From a bacterium (GTDB lineage Bacteria > Zhuqueibacterota > Zhuqueibacteria > Zhuqueibacterales > Zhuqueibacteraceae), in NCBI GenBank assembly GCA_044869275.1, contig JBIOXB010000180.1:1-32081 (forward strand): DNA of 32,081 bases. Direction: 5' to 3'. The notes beneath the pieces are model-generated. The model did no database searches. It was not told the DNA's origin and saw only the letters and a program-made list of their open reading frames with translations. The translations under genes and the position numbers were made by a program. How positions within the stretch are numbered: the stretch's first letter is position 1; every line of letters starts with the position of its first letter. Of the stretch, positions 17,384 to 28,339 are shown one piece after another.

Positions 17384-17577
17384 CGACGTAACGCAACATT
17401 CATGTTGCGCGAATGGTGATTCTCACTGCTTGTTCAACACCACCCTCAACATAAATGTTGAGTTACGGCCTCAACACTTTCGACGTAACGTAACAGTCAA
17501 GTTGCGCGAATGGTGATTCTCACTGCTTGTTCAACACCACCCTCAACATAAATGTTGAGTTACGGCCTAAACACTTT
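17384..17577. repeat. Tandem duplication, 2 x 97 bp, of a REP doublet (REPIN/BIME-like)
   Basis: 17384-17480 and 17481-17577 differ at 4 positions; each unit has GTAA+C+GCAACA..TGTTGC and CTCAACA..TGTTGAG+TTAC hairpins in inverted orientation. Confidence 0.9.
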
Positions 17578-17597
17578 GACCCTGAAGGGTCAACTAC
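17576..17597 (-). repeat. Single GTAG-type REP
   Basis: Minus strand reads GTAG-TTGACCC-TTCA-GGGTCAA. Confidence 0.7.
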
Positions 17598-17602
17598 AAA
17601 AC

Positions 17603-18574
17603 TTATTCCCACTTGCTCAAATAAAAACTCTTGGGATCGGCAGTTTCGTGATGTCCCTTGAGCGTCATGCGCATTTCCGCGTGAAAAACGCGAAAGCCCA
17701 GGCCGAGAAGCTTGCGGTAAGCGCGCCCATAGCGCAGCGGCACGCGAACGCAAACCGTGTCCAGGCTTTTTTGACTGGCCCAAGTGCACAACAGCGCCAC
17801 GGCATGCCCGGGCAGCTCGCGCCATTCCGGCTTCATCAACATCAGGATGATCTTGAGATAACGCGCCGGTTCTTCGGGAAAATAAGTTTCGGTATGCCCG
17901 AGCATGCAAGCCTGCAGTTTGCCCTCTGCAAAGACGAACACGGTGTCGCCGTATTTGAAACGGTCGAGGCGATCCATTTCTTCTCCCGCGGACAAATGCG
18001 GGTCGTTCTCGCGCGCCAGGGTTTCCGCCGCCGCCAGCAAACGCGCGCGCTCGGCGGGATCGGCCTGGCTGTAATAACGCATCTCGAAGTGTGAAGGCAG
18101 CATTTCCTTTGCCACCGGCGGCACGCGCTTGATCATGTCCAGCGTCAATTTTCCCGGCGTGAAGCCGAGCTTGCTGTAGAAGCCGAGATTGCGATAATTG
18201 CGCGGCGCGGTTTCCAAGCCGATTACCTTCGCGCCGGCATCCTGCAACGCGTTCATCGCGGCGCGCATGACTTCGCGCCCCAGTTTTTTGCCTTGGTGGC
18301 CCGGAATGATGCTCACCGGCCCGATCCATCCCACTTTGCCCCACAGACGCGCAAAAACATAGCCGATGAGATTGTTTTTATACTCCATCACGAAGCAGCC
18401 GCGGGGAAAACCGGACAAATACATCTCCAGAAAGGAAAGATGGCAAGCGGGCACAAAGGCGTTCTTGTAGCCTTCTTCAATGCGCGCAGAAGTGAAGGCT
18501 TTCGAAAGCACGCGATTCACCGCGGGCAAATCGCTGAGGCGCATTTCGCGCAGTTGATACGAAGTGGTGGTCAC
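17603..18574 (-). CDS. GNAT-family acetyltransferase (tandem GNAT fold likely)
   Basis: WIGPVSIIPGHQGKKLGREVM acetyl-CoA motif; NLGFYSKLGF; second degenerate repeat AYRKLLGLGFR. Confidence 0.88.
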   Translation of the reverse strand: MTTTSYQLREMRLSDLPAVNRVLSKAFTSARIEEGYKNAFVPACHLSFLEMYLSGFPRGCFVMEYKNNLIGYVFARLWGKVGWIGPVSIIPGHQGKKLGREVMRAAMNALQDAGAKVIGLETAPRNYRNLGFYSKLGFTPGKLTLDMIKRVPPVAKEMLPSHFEMRYYSQADPAERARLLAAAETLARENDPHLSAGEEMDRLDRFKYGDTVFVFAEGKLQACMLGHTETYFPEEPARYLKIILMLMKPEWRELPGHAVALLCTWASQKSLDTVCVRVPLRYGRAYRKLLGLGFRVFHAEMRMTLKGHHETADPKSFYLSKWE

Positions 18575-18577
18575 CGT

Positions 18578-18937
18578 TTACTCCGTCGCACGCTCTTCCG
18601 AAAAAGCACGCGCTTCTTTTTCATCGTTGAAATGGGGAATGTACTTGAGCAAGCCCACCATCTCGAAGATTTTCTGAAAATGCGGCGTCAAGCCGAACGC
18701 GCGCAACGCCCCCCCTTGCGCCTGGGTCTTGTTCAACAGCGTAATAATCACCGCCATGCCCGCGGAGTTGAGATAATTGACTTCGCGGAAATTCAAGATA
18801 ATGATTTTGGCTTTTTGCAGCAGCGCACGCTCATATGCCGACAAGATTTTCTTTTCCGCCAGCGCCGTGATGTCGCCCTGCAAATCCATGAGCGCCAGGC
18901 GATCCTCCAGGCGCAGCGTGACTTGAATATCGTTCAC
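18578..18937 (-). CDS. STAS-domain anti-sigma factor antagonist
   Basis: IILNFREVNYLNSAGMAVI (phospho-Ser motif); IFEMVGL. Confidence 0.92.
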   Translation of the reverse strand: MNDIQVTLRLEDRLALMDLQGDITALAEKKILSAYERALLQKAKIIILNFREVNYLNSAGMAVIITLLNKTQAQGGALRAFGLTPHFQKIFEMVGLLKYIPHFNDEKEARAFSEERATE

Positions 18938-20948
18938 GAGGATCCTTTTCTTTTTTGTTCACCGGCCAGCCACAGCGTGGTCACGTGCCCGCGCGGGGAG
19001 AGCGCGGCATGCTCGACTTGATCGACGAGCTGCTCCATCAAAAATAGCCCCATGCCGCGCGGCGCTTCCTGGCCGCTGATTTTGTTCGCCAAATCCGGCG
19101 AGGGCCTGGCCGCGGCCGTAAAACCGGTGCCGGTGTCGACGACCTGAACCATCAATCCTTGTTCCTCGAGTTTGAAAATGATTTCCACATTTTCGCTTTC
19201 TTGCGAGCGGTTGCCATGCTCGATGGCGTTCAAACATGCTTCCGAAACCGCGGTGCACAAATCCGCGATGCGCGCAGGTCTGAAACCTGCCCGCTCCGCC
19301 ATGGCCGCGGCCGCATCCATGGCCAATTTCTCATACCCGCATTGCGAAGGAATGGTCAAACGTATTTCATGCGCCGGAGCGCGGCGAAGGTCGTGCAAAT
19401 AACGCGACTCTGGGCCCACCGGTGAGAGTGTCTGCATTTGCGGGAGGCCTTCGAATCTTGCCGCCACGAGGGTGAGATCATCGATACGGTTTTGGGCGCC
19501 TGCGAAGCGCTCCGCATCGGCAATGAGAAAATCCAAAATTTCCGGCAAAGACGTGTGCGGCGCGCGGCTTTGCACGGCCGCGCGGAAGCGGTCGAAGCTG
19601 TAGGGCTCGTGCGCGTCATTCATCATATCCACGATGCCGTCGGTGTAAAATACCAGCAAATCGCCGCTGTGCAGTTCGAAGTGATGGTGGCCATAACAAA
19701 TCTGAGGTTGAATGCCCAGCGGCAACAGATCGCCGGCGCGCGGCAGGGGCAGATAAAACGCCTCGCCGTTGCGCAGGAGCAAAGGCATGGTTTGTCCGGC
19801 ATTGGCATAAACCAGGAGGCGCTGCTCGAGATCAAGCAGGCCGCAAAACACCGCAACGAACATGTTTTGGTTCAAATCACGCGCCAGGCGCCGATTGGCG
19901 CTCTGCAAAATCTCCTGCGGCTGTTGCCGCTCTTCCGCGGCATGGCGCAATGCCGAAAGCGCCGCGCTCATGACCATCGCACCGGAAACTCCCTTGCCGG
20001 AAACGTCACCGATGATGATGGCGATTCTATGGCCATCGAGAGGTATGAAATCGTAAAAATCTCCGCCGACTTCCGTGGCAGGAATGGAGCGTGCCGCGAT
20101 TTTGAGGCCGGGCAAAGCCGGCGGTGCGGCCGGCAGCATTTCCATCTGCATGCGCCGCGCGATGTCGAATTCCTGCGCCATGCGCAGATTGTGCTGCAAC
20201 GAGCGCAGCATGGTATTGAACGAGCGCGCGAGATCGCCGATTTCATCCTTGGAATCGAACACGAAAGTCGCATCGAGCTTGCCGGCGGCGACCTCCTGCG
20301 TGGTGAGCGTCAACTGTTTGAGCGGGGCCAGAATCTTGCGCACGGAAAACGTCATAATCAAAAGGCCAACGATCGTCATCGCGGACACGGCTTCAATCGT
20401 GCGCTGCAAGACGATGCCCGAGCTTTGAAAAAGATCACGCTCGTACGCGGAAGAAAGCAGAATCCAATGCCAGGGCCGGTAATACATGTAATAAGCAATT
20501 TTCACCTCCCCTTGCCGCCCGCGCGCCTCGGTTTCCTGGCGATAACTGATGAAGGCGGCGTAGCGGTCGCGCTGGCCGTGCGCGTTGACGTCGTGGAAAA
20601 CCGTTTGAATGTGCGGGAAGCGGTCATTGTTGAGGTTGTTGCCTTCGTCCGAGGGATGAATGATCAGCGTGCCGTTGGCGGCGCTGGGGGAATTATCGAG
20701 CGCCACGATGTAGCCGTCGTTGGCAATGCGCACGGCCTTAATTTCGTCTTTCAGTGCCGGCGTCGGGCCGCCGTAGTGCAAATTGTAGCTTTCGCATCTG
20801 GCATAAGCATACTCCGTGCGCGCGACGAGCAGGTCACGCGCGAGCCGCTCGATCTCGCTTTTCGAGCCTTGATACGCCCACAAACCGACGATGGTGATCG
20901 TCAGCGCGATCTCCAGTAAGACCGTGAGCACGAGCTTGCTGCGGAGGG

Positions 20949-20952
<4 letters not shown>
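18934..20952 (-). CDS. Cache-HAMP-SpoIIE (PP2C) phosphatase fused to an RsbW-like kinase domain
   Basis: 2 TM with Cache sensor; HAMP DEIGDLARSFNTM; VGGDFYD, GDVSGKG, YTDGI and DDLT; C-terminal AVSEACLNAIEHGN, DTGTGF and RGMGLFLM. Confidence 0.92.
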
Positions 20953-22469
<1,517 letters not shown>

Positions 22470-22772
22470 CAAGCATCCGAGAGATATTTCTTGATCGGCT
22501 TGCGAATAATAGCGAGGGGATGTAGGAAAAGCAAGGGGAAAGAAGCGGCTCCCAGGCAAAATGGCTTCGTGATGACAAAGCCGTTGCTTTCGGGGCGGAT
22601 TCCGCGAGCCGGAGTCAACGCTGCCAGGATAGCAAGGTAGGTTCGCTAGGTTAGGAATGAGCCGCGACCTTGCAATCTGCGATGCGCCGGCTTGCTCTTG
22701 CCCTTGCCGCAGTTTTTCTTTATCATGGGTGCGCAGGCGAAAGATCGCTTCTCAAAAAACAACGGAGAAAAC

Positions 22773-24194
22773 ATGAACTGGCGCAACGGCATTTGGGCAG
22801 CGCTCGCTTTACACGGCGCCGCACTGCAAGCCCAATCCTTCCAGCAATACTTTGTGAACAAAACCCTGCGCGTGGATTATCATCACACCGGAACCAAGGG
22901 CGAAGAGAAGTTCGCGCTTGATCAATGTTATGAGGAAGGCGAATGGGCGGGCGGTCAAAGGAATTTGGTCGATCATTTGAACCTGGGCGAATATCAAGCG
23001 CGCGTGTATGACGTGGAAACCTCGACCGTGATATTCTCGCGGGGATTTTCCACCATGTTCAACGAATGGCAAACCACGGGCGAGGCAAACCAGGGCCTGT
23101 ATCGCACGTTTCACGAAACCGTGCGGCTGCCCATGCCCCAAAAGAAAATTCAATTCACCCTCTGCCGCCGCGACCAGCAGATGAATTTTCGCGAAATTTT
23201 TTCTCTCACCATCGATCCCGCCGCTCCCACGCAGATCAACCGCGCGCCGCGAGCAGCACGATTCAAAGCCACGGCACTGATGCAAAACGGCCCGCCGGCA
23301 AGCAAGGTCGATCTCGTCATTCTGGGCGACGGGTACGCCAAAGAAGAAATGGAAAAATTTCGCAAGGATGCGCAACATTTCAATGACATCATGTTTTCGA
23401 TCACACCCTTCAAAGAGCGCAAGCAAGATTTTAATGTGTGGATGATCGAAGTGATTTCGGAAGAATCCGGCATTTCCAAGCCGGACAAAAACATTTGGAA
23501 GAGCAATGCGCTCGGCGCGATTTACAATACCTTCGGTTCCGCGCGCTACGTTTTGACCACCGCCAATGCAGCGCTGCGTGACATCGCCGGCCAAGTGCCT
23601 TACGAAGTCATCAACCTGCTCATCAACGACGAGCGCTACGGCGGCGGAGGGATTTACAATCAGTACAACACGACGTACACGATCACCGATCAAGCCGGGC
23701 AGGAATGGCAGCGCGACTATGTCTATGTGCATGAGTTCGGCCATTCTTTTGCCGGACTCGGGGACGAGTACTACAGCTCACAAGTTTCATACGAGGCATT
23801 TTATTCCAAAGAAGTCGAACCGTGGGAGCCGAATGTGACCGCGTTGCGGGACAAAGGAAACTTAAAGTGGAAGGCATTTGTGGCACCGGAAACTCCATTG
23901 CCTACGCCGTGGGAGAAAGCGGAATACGATAGCATCGCAAATGTGCGCGCCACACTCGACCGCCTGGCCCCGGACTATTATGCCGAGCGTGAGCCGCTCA
24001 TCAAACGCCAGGACGAGCTGCTGCGAAAAACGAAGTACGCCGGAAAAGTTGGCGCTTTCGAAGGCGCGGGTTACGAGGCGCGCGGCTTGTACCGTCCCGC
24101 CGCAGATTGTCGCATGTTCTCGTTGAGCCTGGTGGACTTCGATCCGGTCTGCCGCGCGGCAATTGAGAAGGTGATCGACTCTTATGTGAAGTGA
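22773..24194 (+). CDS. M64 (IgA peptidase-type) metallopeptidase with N-terminal domain
   Basis: Signal peptide; DLVILGDGY; YGGGGIYN; HEFGHSFAGLGDEYY; GAFEGAGY...YRP..DCRM...FDPVC. Confidence 0.93.
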   Translation: MNWRNGIWAALALHGAALQAQSFQQYFVNKTLRVDYHHTGTKGEEKFALDQCYEEGEWAGGQRNLVDHLNLGEYQARVYDVETSTVIFSRGFSTMFNEWQTTGEANQGLYRTFHETVRLPMPQKKIQFTLCRRDQQMNFREIFSLTIDPAAPTQINRAPRAARFKATALMQNGPPASKVDLVILGDGYAKEEMEKFRKDAQHFNDIMFSITPFKERKQDFNVWMIEVISEESGISKPDKNIWKSNALGAIYNTFGSARYVLTTANAALRDIAGQVPYEVINLLINDERYGGGGIYNQYNTTYTITDQAGQEWQRDYVYVHEFGHSFAGLGDEYYSSQVSYEAFYSKEVEPWEPNVTALRDKGNLKWKAFVAPETPLPTPWEKAEYDSIANVRATLDRLAPDYYAEREPLIKRQDELLRKTKYAGKVGAFEGAGYEARGLYRPAADCRMFSLSLVDFDPVCRAAIEKVIDSYVK

Positions 24195-24228
24195 GGCTGG
24201 TGCTCGATGCTGGTTGCTAGTTTAAGCT

Positions 24229-24273
24229 CGTTCCCACGCTCTGCGTGGGAACGCCTCTCAGATGCTCTGCGTC
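24229..24273. repeat. REP-like hairpin between convergent genes
   Basis: cgttcccacgc-tct-gcgtgggaacg (24229-24253) followed by gatgctctgcgtc. Confidence 0.75.
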
Positions 24274-24309
24274 CGATCTGGTATTACAACAAAAAAAACA
24301 GAACGAAAC

Positions 24310-25284
24310 TCAAAGCGAAATTTCCTGTATCAATTCACGATACCTGACCAGCATCAAATCCAAAGGAATGTCACGCACCAACGCACCTGGCTTGGAATCT
24401 ATGACGACGCGATGATGCGTGCTGAGCGGCCGGAACTTTTTGAAATTCCATTCTTCGTTGGCATAAAGCCCCAAGAGCGGGCGGTCAAAAGCAGCGGCCA
24501 CGTGCACCAGCGAAGTATCGGGCGAGATGACAAGTTCAGCGTGCTTGACGGCGGAGAACAAATCGATGAAGGACTCAGCGCGATAGTAGCGCGCTTGCGA
24601 AACTGCAGCAACGATTTCTTGCGCCCGTGCAGCGTCAGCGGGGTCGCAGGTGATCACGAAATGGCGGCGATCGTCCGCCATCTCGCGGAGAAAGGCAATC
24701 CAATTGGCCTGTGGCCAGTAGCGAATGTCTTTGCTGGCAGAAAGGTGCACACAAAAATACTTCTGCATTTCCTGCTCGCCTAAAAAGGCGGACAGCTTTT
24801 CCTCAAAACGCGGATCTGCACATAGCAGAGGGCGCGGATCGGCATTTTGCAGACCGAAGATTTGCAGGGCGCGGAGGTTGCGCACCGCCACTTGCTCGTG
24901 ATAATTTTCCGAGGCTGCAGGAATCGGCACGTCAAAAAGCGCTTTTCTGGCCTGTGAATTGAAACCAACTTTGTGCCTTGCTTTGGCCCAACGCGCAAAC
25001 CAATAGCCCTCGCGCGAGAAATGGTCTTTGGGATCGATCCAATAATCATACGCCTCGCGCCGGAGATTCAAAAGCAGCTTGAAAACCCCGGCCGGTTTTT
25101 TGGAGTGAACCAAAACCTGGTCAATCAGCGGATGCGTGCGCGCCAGCCCCTGATTGTGGCGGCTGGCCAGTACGTGGATTTGATGCTGGGGGTGGTCTTC
25201 TTTTAAAGCGCGCAGCATGGGCGTAGCGAGAATGAAATCGCCGAGGCGGTTGAGCTGCACGATCAATATTTTTTGCGGAGGCAT
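24310..25284 (-). CDS. Glycosyltransferase family 9 (heptosyltransferase-like)
   Basis: KILIVQLNRLGDFILATPMLRALK; ISPDTSLVHVAAAF. Confidence 0.93.
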   Translation of the reverse strand: MPPQKILIVQLNRLGDFILATPMLRALKEDHPQHQIHVLASRHNQGLARTHPLIDQVLVHSKKPAGVFKLLLNLRREAYDYWIDPKDHFSREGYWFARWAKARHKVGFNSQARKALFDVPIPAASENYHEQVAVRNLRALQIFGLQNADPRPLLCADPRFEEKLSAFLGEQEMQKYFCVHLSASKDIRYWPQANWIAFLREMADDRRHFVITCDPADAARAQEIVAAVSQARYYRAESFIDLFSAVKHAELVISPDTSLVHVAAAFDRPLLGLYANEEWNFKKFRPLSTHHRVVIDSKPGALVRDIPLDLMLVRYRELIQEISL

Positions 25285-25358
25285 TATGATTATTTCGAAT
25301 TGCAGAATGACAAAACAGAAGTGTGCGCATAAAGCACTCAAACGAGACGCCGAGCAGT

Positions 25359-26717
25359 CTATCCCAATCTTTCCAGCATCGAATACAATTTGCGCCGCGT
25401 GATGCCCAGCAGCTTCGCGGCGCGGCTCTTGTTGCCGCCGGCTTTTTCAATGGCGCGGTGAAGCAGTTTTTTTTCCATTTCTTCGAGATTGATGCCGTCC
25501 TCAGGAATGTCGAATTGCGTCGGCAATTTTTGCAGGCCTTGGAGGTGCGGCGGCAAATCGAGAACGGAAATCGGTTGGCCGCCCGCCATGATCAGCGCGC
25601 GCTCGATGACATTTTCCAGTTCGCGCACGTTCCCCGGCCAGGTGTATTGTCGCAGTTTTTCAATCGCCTCCGGTGAAATCGCGTGCCGATCTTTGCCGGC
25701 TTTTTCCAAAAAATGGCCGATCAAGTCCGGCAAATCCTCCGGCCGCCGGCGCATGGAGGGCAGCGTGATCGGAAATACATTGATGCGATAATAAAAATCC
25801 TCCCGCATGCGCCCTTCTTTGAGTGCGGCTTCGAGATCACGATTGGTGGCCGCGATCGTGCGCGCGCGAACCGGAATCGGTGCGGTGCTGCCCAGCAGGG
25901 TGACTTGCCTGGCTTGCAAGGCGCGCAGCAGCTTGACTTGGATCGCCAATGAGACTTCTCCGATCTCATCCAAAAAGATCGTGCCGTCCGCAGCGGCTTC
26001 AAACAAGCCCGGCTTGCGGCGCTCGGCGCCGGTGAACGCGCCCTTTTCGTAGCCGAACAATTCGCTTTCCAATAATGTCTCCGGCAAAGCCGAGCAATTG
26101 ATCGCGACGAACGGCTTGTCGGCGCGTGGGCTGAGATAGTGAATCGCCTGCGCCACCAATTCCTTGCCCGTGCCGCTTTCGCCGCGAATGAGCACGGTCG
26201 CCTCGCTGGGCGCGACCTTGTGGACGAGCTTGTACACTTCCTGCATCACGCCACTTTGGCCGACGAGGTTTTGCACGGAATAGCGCTGCTTTAACTCCTG
26301 CCGCAACGAACGATTTTCCTGCGCCAGCGCCTCTTTTTCCTGCGCGAGGTTCTTGCGCTCGAGCAAATGGCGGATTTTTACTTTCAATTCCTCCAGCTCG
26401 AACGGTTTGATGAGGTAATCATAAGCGCCGCGCTTCATCGCTTCCACCGCGGTTTGCGCCGTGGCATAAGCCGTCATCAAAATCACGGCGCATTGGGGAT
26501 GGCGCTGTTTGGCAAGATCGAGCACCTGCATGCCATCCGGACCTTCCATTTTCAAATCCGTCAACACCAGATCATAGGCATGCTCGCGCAAGGCATTCAT
26601 CGCCACCGCGCCGTTCGTGGCCGTGGCGATGGCATAGCCTTCCGGCTCCAGCGCCGCTTTGAGCACCGCGCACATGCGCGTTTCGTCGTCTACGATCAGA
26701 ATGCGATAATCGGTCAT
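25359..26717 (-). CDS. Sigma54-dependent (NtrC/AtoC-type) response regulator
   Basis: Receiver IVDDE/LTDLKM; GESGTGKE; canonical GAFTGA; WPGNVRELEN; Fis HTH. Confidence 0.96.
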   Translation of the reverse strand: MTDYRILIVDDETRMCAVLKAALEPEGYAIATATNGAVAMNALREHAYDLVLTDLKMEGPDGMQVLDLAKQRHPQCAVILMTAYATAQTAVEAMKRGAYDYLIKPFELEELKVKIRHLLERKNLAQEKEALAQENRSLRQELKQRYSVQNLVGQSGVMQEVYKLVHKVAPSEATVLIRGESGTGKELVAQAIHYLSPRADKPFVAINCSALPETLLESELFGYEKGAFTGAERRKPGLFEAAADGTIFLDEIGEVSLAIQVKLLRALQARQVTLLGSTAPIPVRARTIAATNRDLEAALKEGRMREDFYYRINVFPITLPSMRRRPEDLPDLIGHFLEKAGKDRHAISPEAIEKLRQYTWPGNVRELENVIERALIMAGGQPISVLDLPPHLQGLQKLPTQFDIPEDGINLEEMEKKLLHRAIEKAGGNKSRAAKLLGITRRKLYSMLERLG

Positions 26718-26771
26718 ATGCTTGAGGCGTGACAGGTACTGTGTAATACGTAACAGGTAATTCCTAACGGG

Positions 26772-26806
26772 ACACTGACAACTGAGCACTAATAACTGAT
26801 CACTGT
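26772..26806. repeat. Degenerate heptamer tandem array
   Basis: acactga caactga gcactaa taactga tcactgt. Confidence 0.7.
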
Positions 26807-26811
26807 CTCGT

Positions 26812-28146
26812 TCACCCCGGCAGCCAAATATGTATCGTCGTGCCTTGTCCGGGTTGCGATTCAGCGCTGATGCGGCCGTTGTGCTTTTCGATAATCTGCT
26901 TGCACACGGTCAAGCCCAGGCCCGAGCCGCGGCTTTTGGTGGTGAAAAACGGCTCGAAGATTTTTTCCGGCGCCACCGGCAGGCCCGGGCCGTTGTCCAC
27001 AATGCGAAGATGAATGCGTTCGCGGCCCTGGCCGCGATCGTCGAGATGAATATCGACCTGGCCGTTGCCGTTCACGGCCTGGCTGGCATTGAGAAAAAGA
27101 TTCATCAACACCTGCGTGAGGGCGTCCTCGTCATATTCGGCGAAGATTTCATTGTGGCGGCCGTGCCATCGCCAAGCCATGCTGCCGCTTTGTTCTTCAT
27201 GGCCCATGAGATCGAGCGCGCGCTGCACGGTTTTCACCAGATCGCCACGCCTGCAATTCAAATCGCGATCGCGGGCAAAGCTCAAAAAGTCGTTCATGAG
27301 CCGGCTCAAGCGACGCACTTCCGCGGGAATGAATTCGAATAGCTCGTCGGGTTGTTGTCGGTTCTCATACTTTTGGCGCAGAACGTCCGCGGTATTTTTG
27401 ATGATCCCGAGCGGGTTGCGGATTTCATGCGCGACCGTCGCCGCCATTTGCCCCATCGAAGCCAGGCGCTCCGAGCGGCGCAGGTTTTCCTGCGTGCGCA
27501 GAAAAAGCGAAATCGCGCTCGCCAGAAAGAAACCGAAAACCAGCAAGGCGGCAAAACTGGCAATGCCACCGGCAATCAAACCCTGGCGAAACTGCGCCAT
27601 CAAATTGAAAAAATCAGCGTTGGCTTCCGCCACGAACAAGCAAACGATTTGGCCCGCGTCGTTGCGCACAGGCGCGTAGGCAGTTTTGAAACGCGCCTCC
27701 GCAATCACGCGCAACGCCGAGGCCACAATTTCGCCCTGCCAGGCTTTTGTGACTTCGACGCTGTCTTCGATCAAGTAAAAGACCTCTTTGCCAGCCGGGA
27801 ACAAATTCTGATCGCTGCTGGCCAGCACGCGCCAATCTTTATCGATGAGAAACATTTGCTGCACCTCGACACCATCGAGCAGCTCCTCGAGCAAAGGGGT
27901 CACCAGCAAACGCGCAGAATTTTCCTGGCCCAGCGAGAGATAATCGACGAACGGGCTGGCGGCGGCCAGCGCCGCACCCAGGCGCGCAATGGCCTGCAAG
28001 CGCGTTTCCAGCTCGCCCTCCAGGGATTTTTCCATCCGGTTGAGAAAGAACCAACTCCCGAAATTAAAAATCGCCAGCACGGTGATGATCATGACGCTGA
28101 CCAAGATGATCAACGCGCGTGACGACGTGAGTAGGGAAAAGCGCAT
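26812..28146 (-). CDS. Membrane sensor histidine kinase (NtrB-like)
   Basis: 2 TM; VAHEIRNPL; NLFLNA; DNGPG; FEPFFTTK; GSGLGL. Confidence 0.95.
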   Translation of the reverse strand: MRFSLLTSSRALIILVSVMIITVLAIFNFGSWFFLNRMEKSLEGELETRLQAIARLGAALAAASPFVDYLSLGQENSARLLVTPLLEELLDGVEVQQMFLIDKDWRVLASSDQNLFPAGKEVFYLIEDSVEVTKAWQGEIVASALRVIAEARFKTAYAPVRNDAGQIVCLFVAEANADFFNLMAQFRQGLIAGGIASFAALLVFGFFLASAISLFLRTQENLRRSERLASMGQMAATVAHEIRNPLGIIKNTADVLRQKYENRQQPDELFEFIPAEVRRLSRLMNDFLSFARDRDLNCRRGDLVKTVQRALDLMGHEEQSGSMAWRWHGRHNEIFAEYDEDALTQVLMNLFLNASQAVNGNGQVDIHLDDRGQGRERIHLRIVDNGPGLPVAPEKIFEPFFTTKSRGSGLGLTVCKQIIEKHNGRISAESQPGQGTTIHIWLPG

Positions 28147-28182
28147 GTTCGCATTTCAGGATTTTGCAGGCCACGGCCTGCG

Positions 28183-28337
28183 ATTCGAAGATCGTAGATC
28201 GTGGGTCGTAGATAGTTGATCGTAGATTGTGAATCGTGCATAGTATTCGGACAATGGTGATTCGGACCCATCATCCACGATCCACCATCCACGATCCACG
28301 ATCTTCCATCTTCAATCTTCCATCATCGCTTTTCGAC
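28183..28337. repeat. Two inverted degenerate heptamer arrays
   Basis: (GATCGTA/GATCGTG-like)n at about 28183-28238 facing (CCACGAT/TCCATCT-like)n at about 28270-28337. Confidence 0.8.
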
Positions 28338-28339
28338 CC

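Noticed and set aside
17384..17577. Possible CRISPR array
   Set aside because: Only two near-identical 97-bp units with no unique spacers and no cas genes.
22560..22680. Possible ncRNA in the divergent gap before the M64 peptidase
   Set aside because: Only short hairpins (ggctt...aagcc); no recognisable RNA family.
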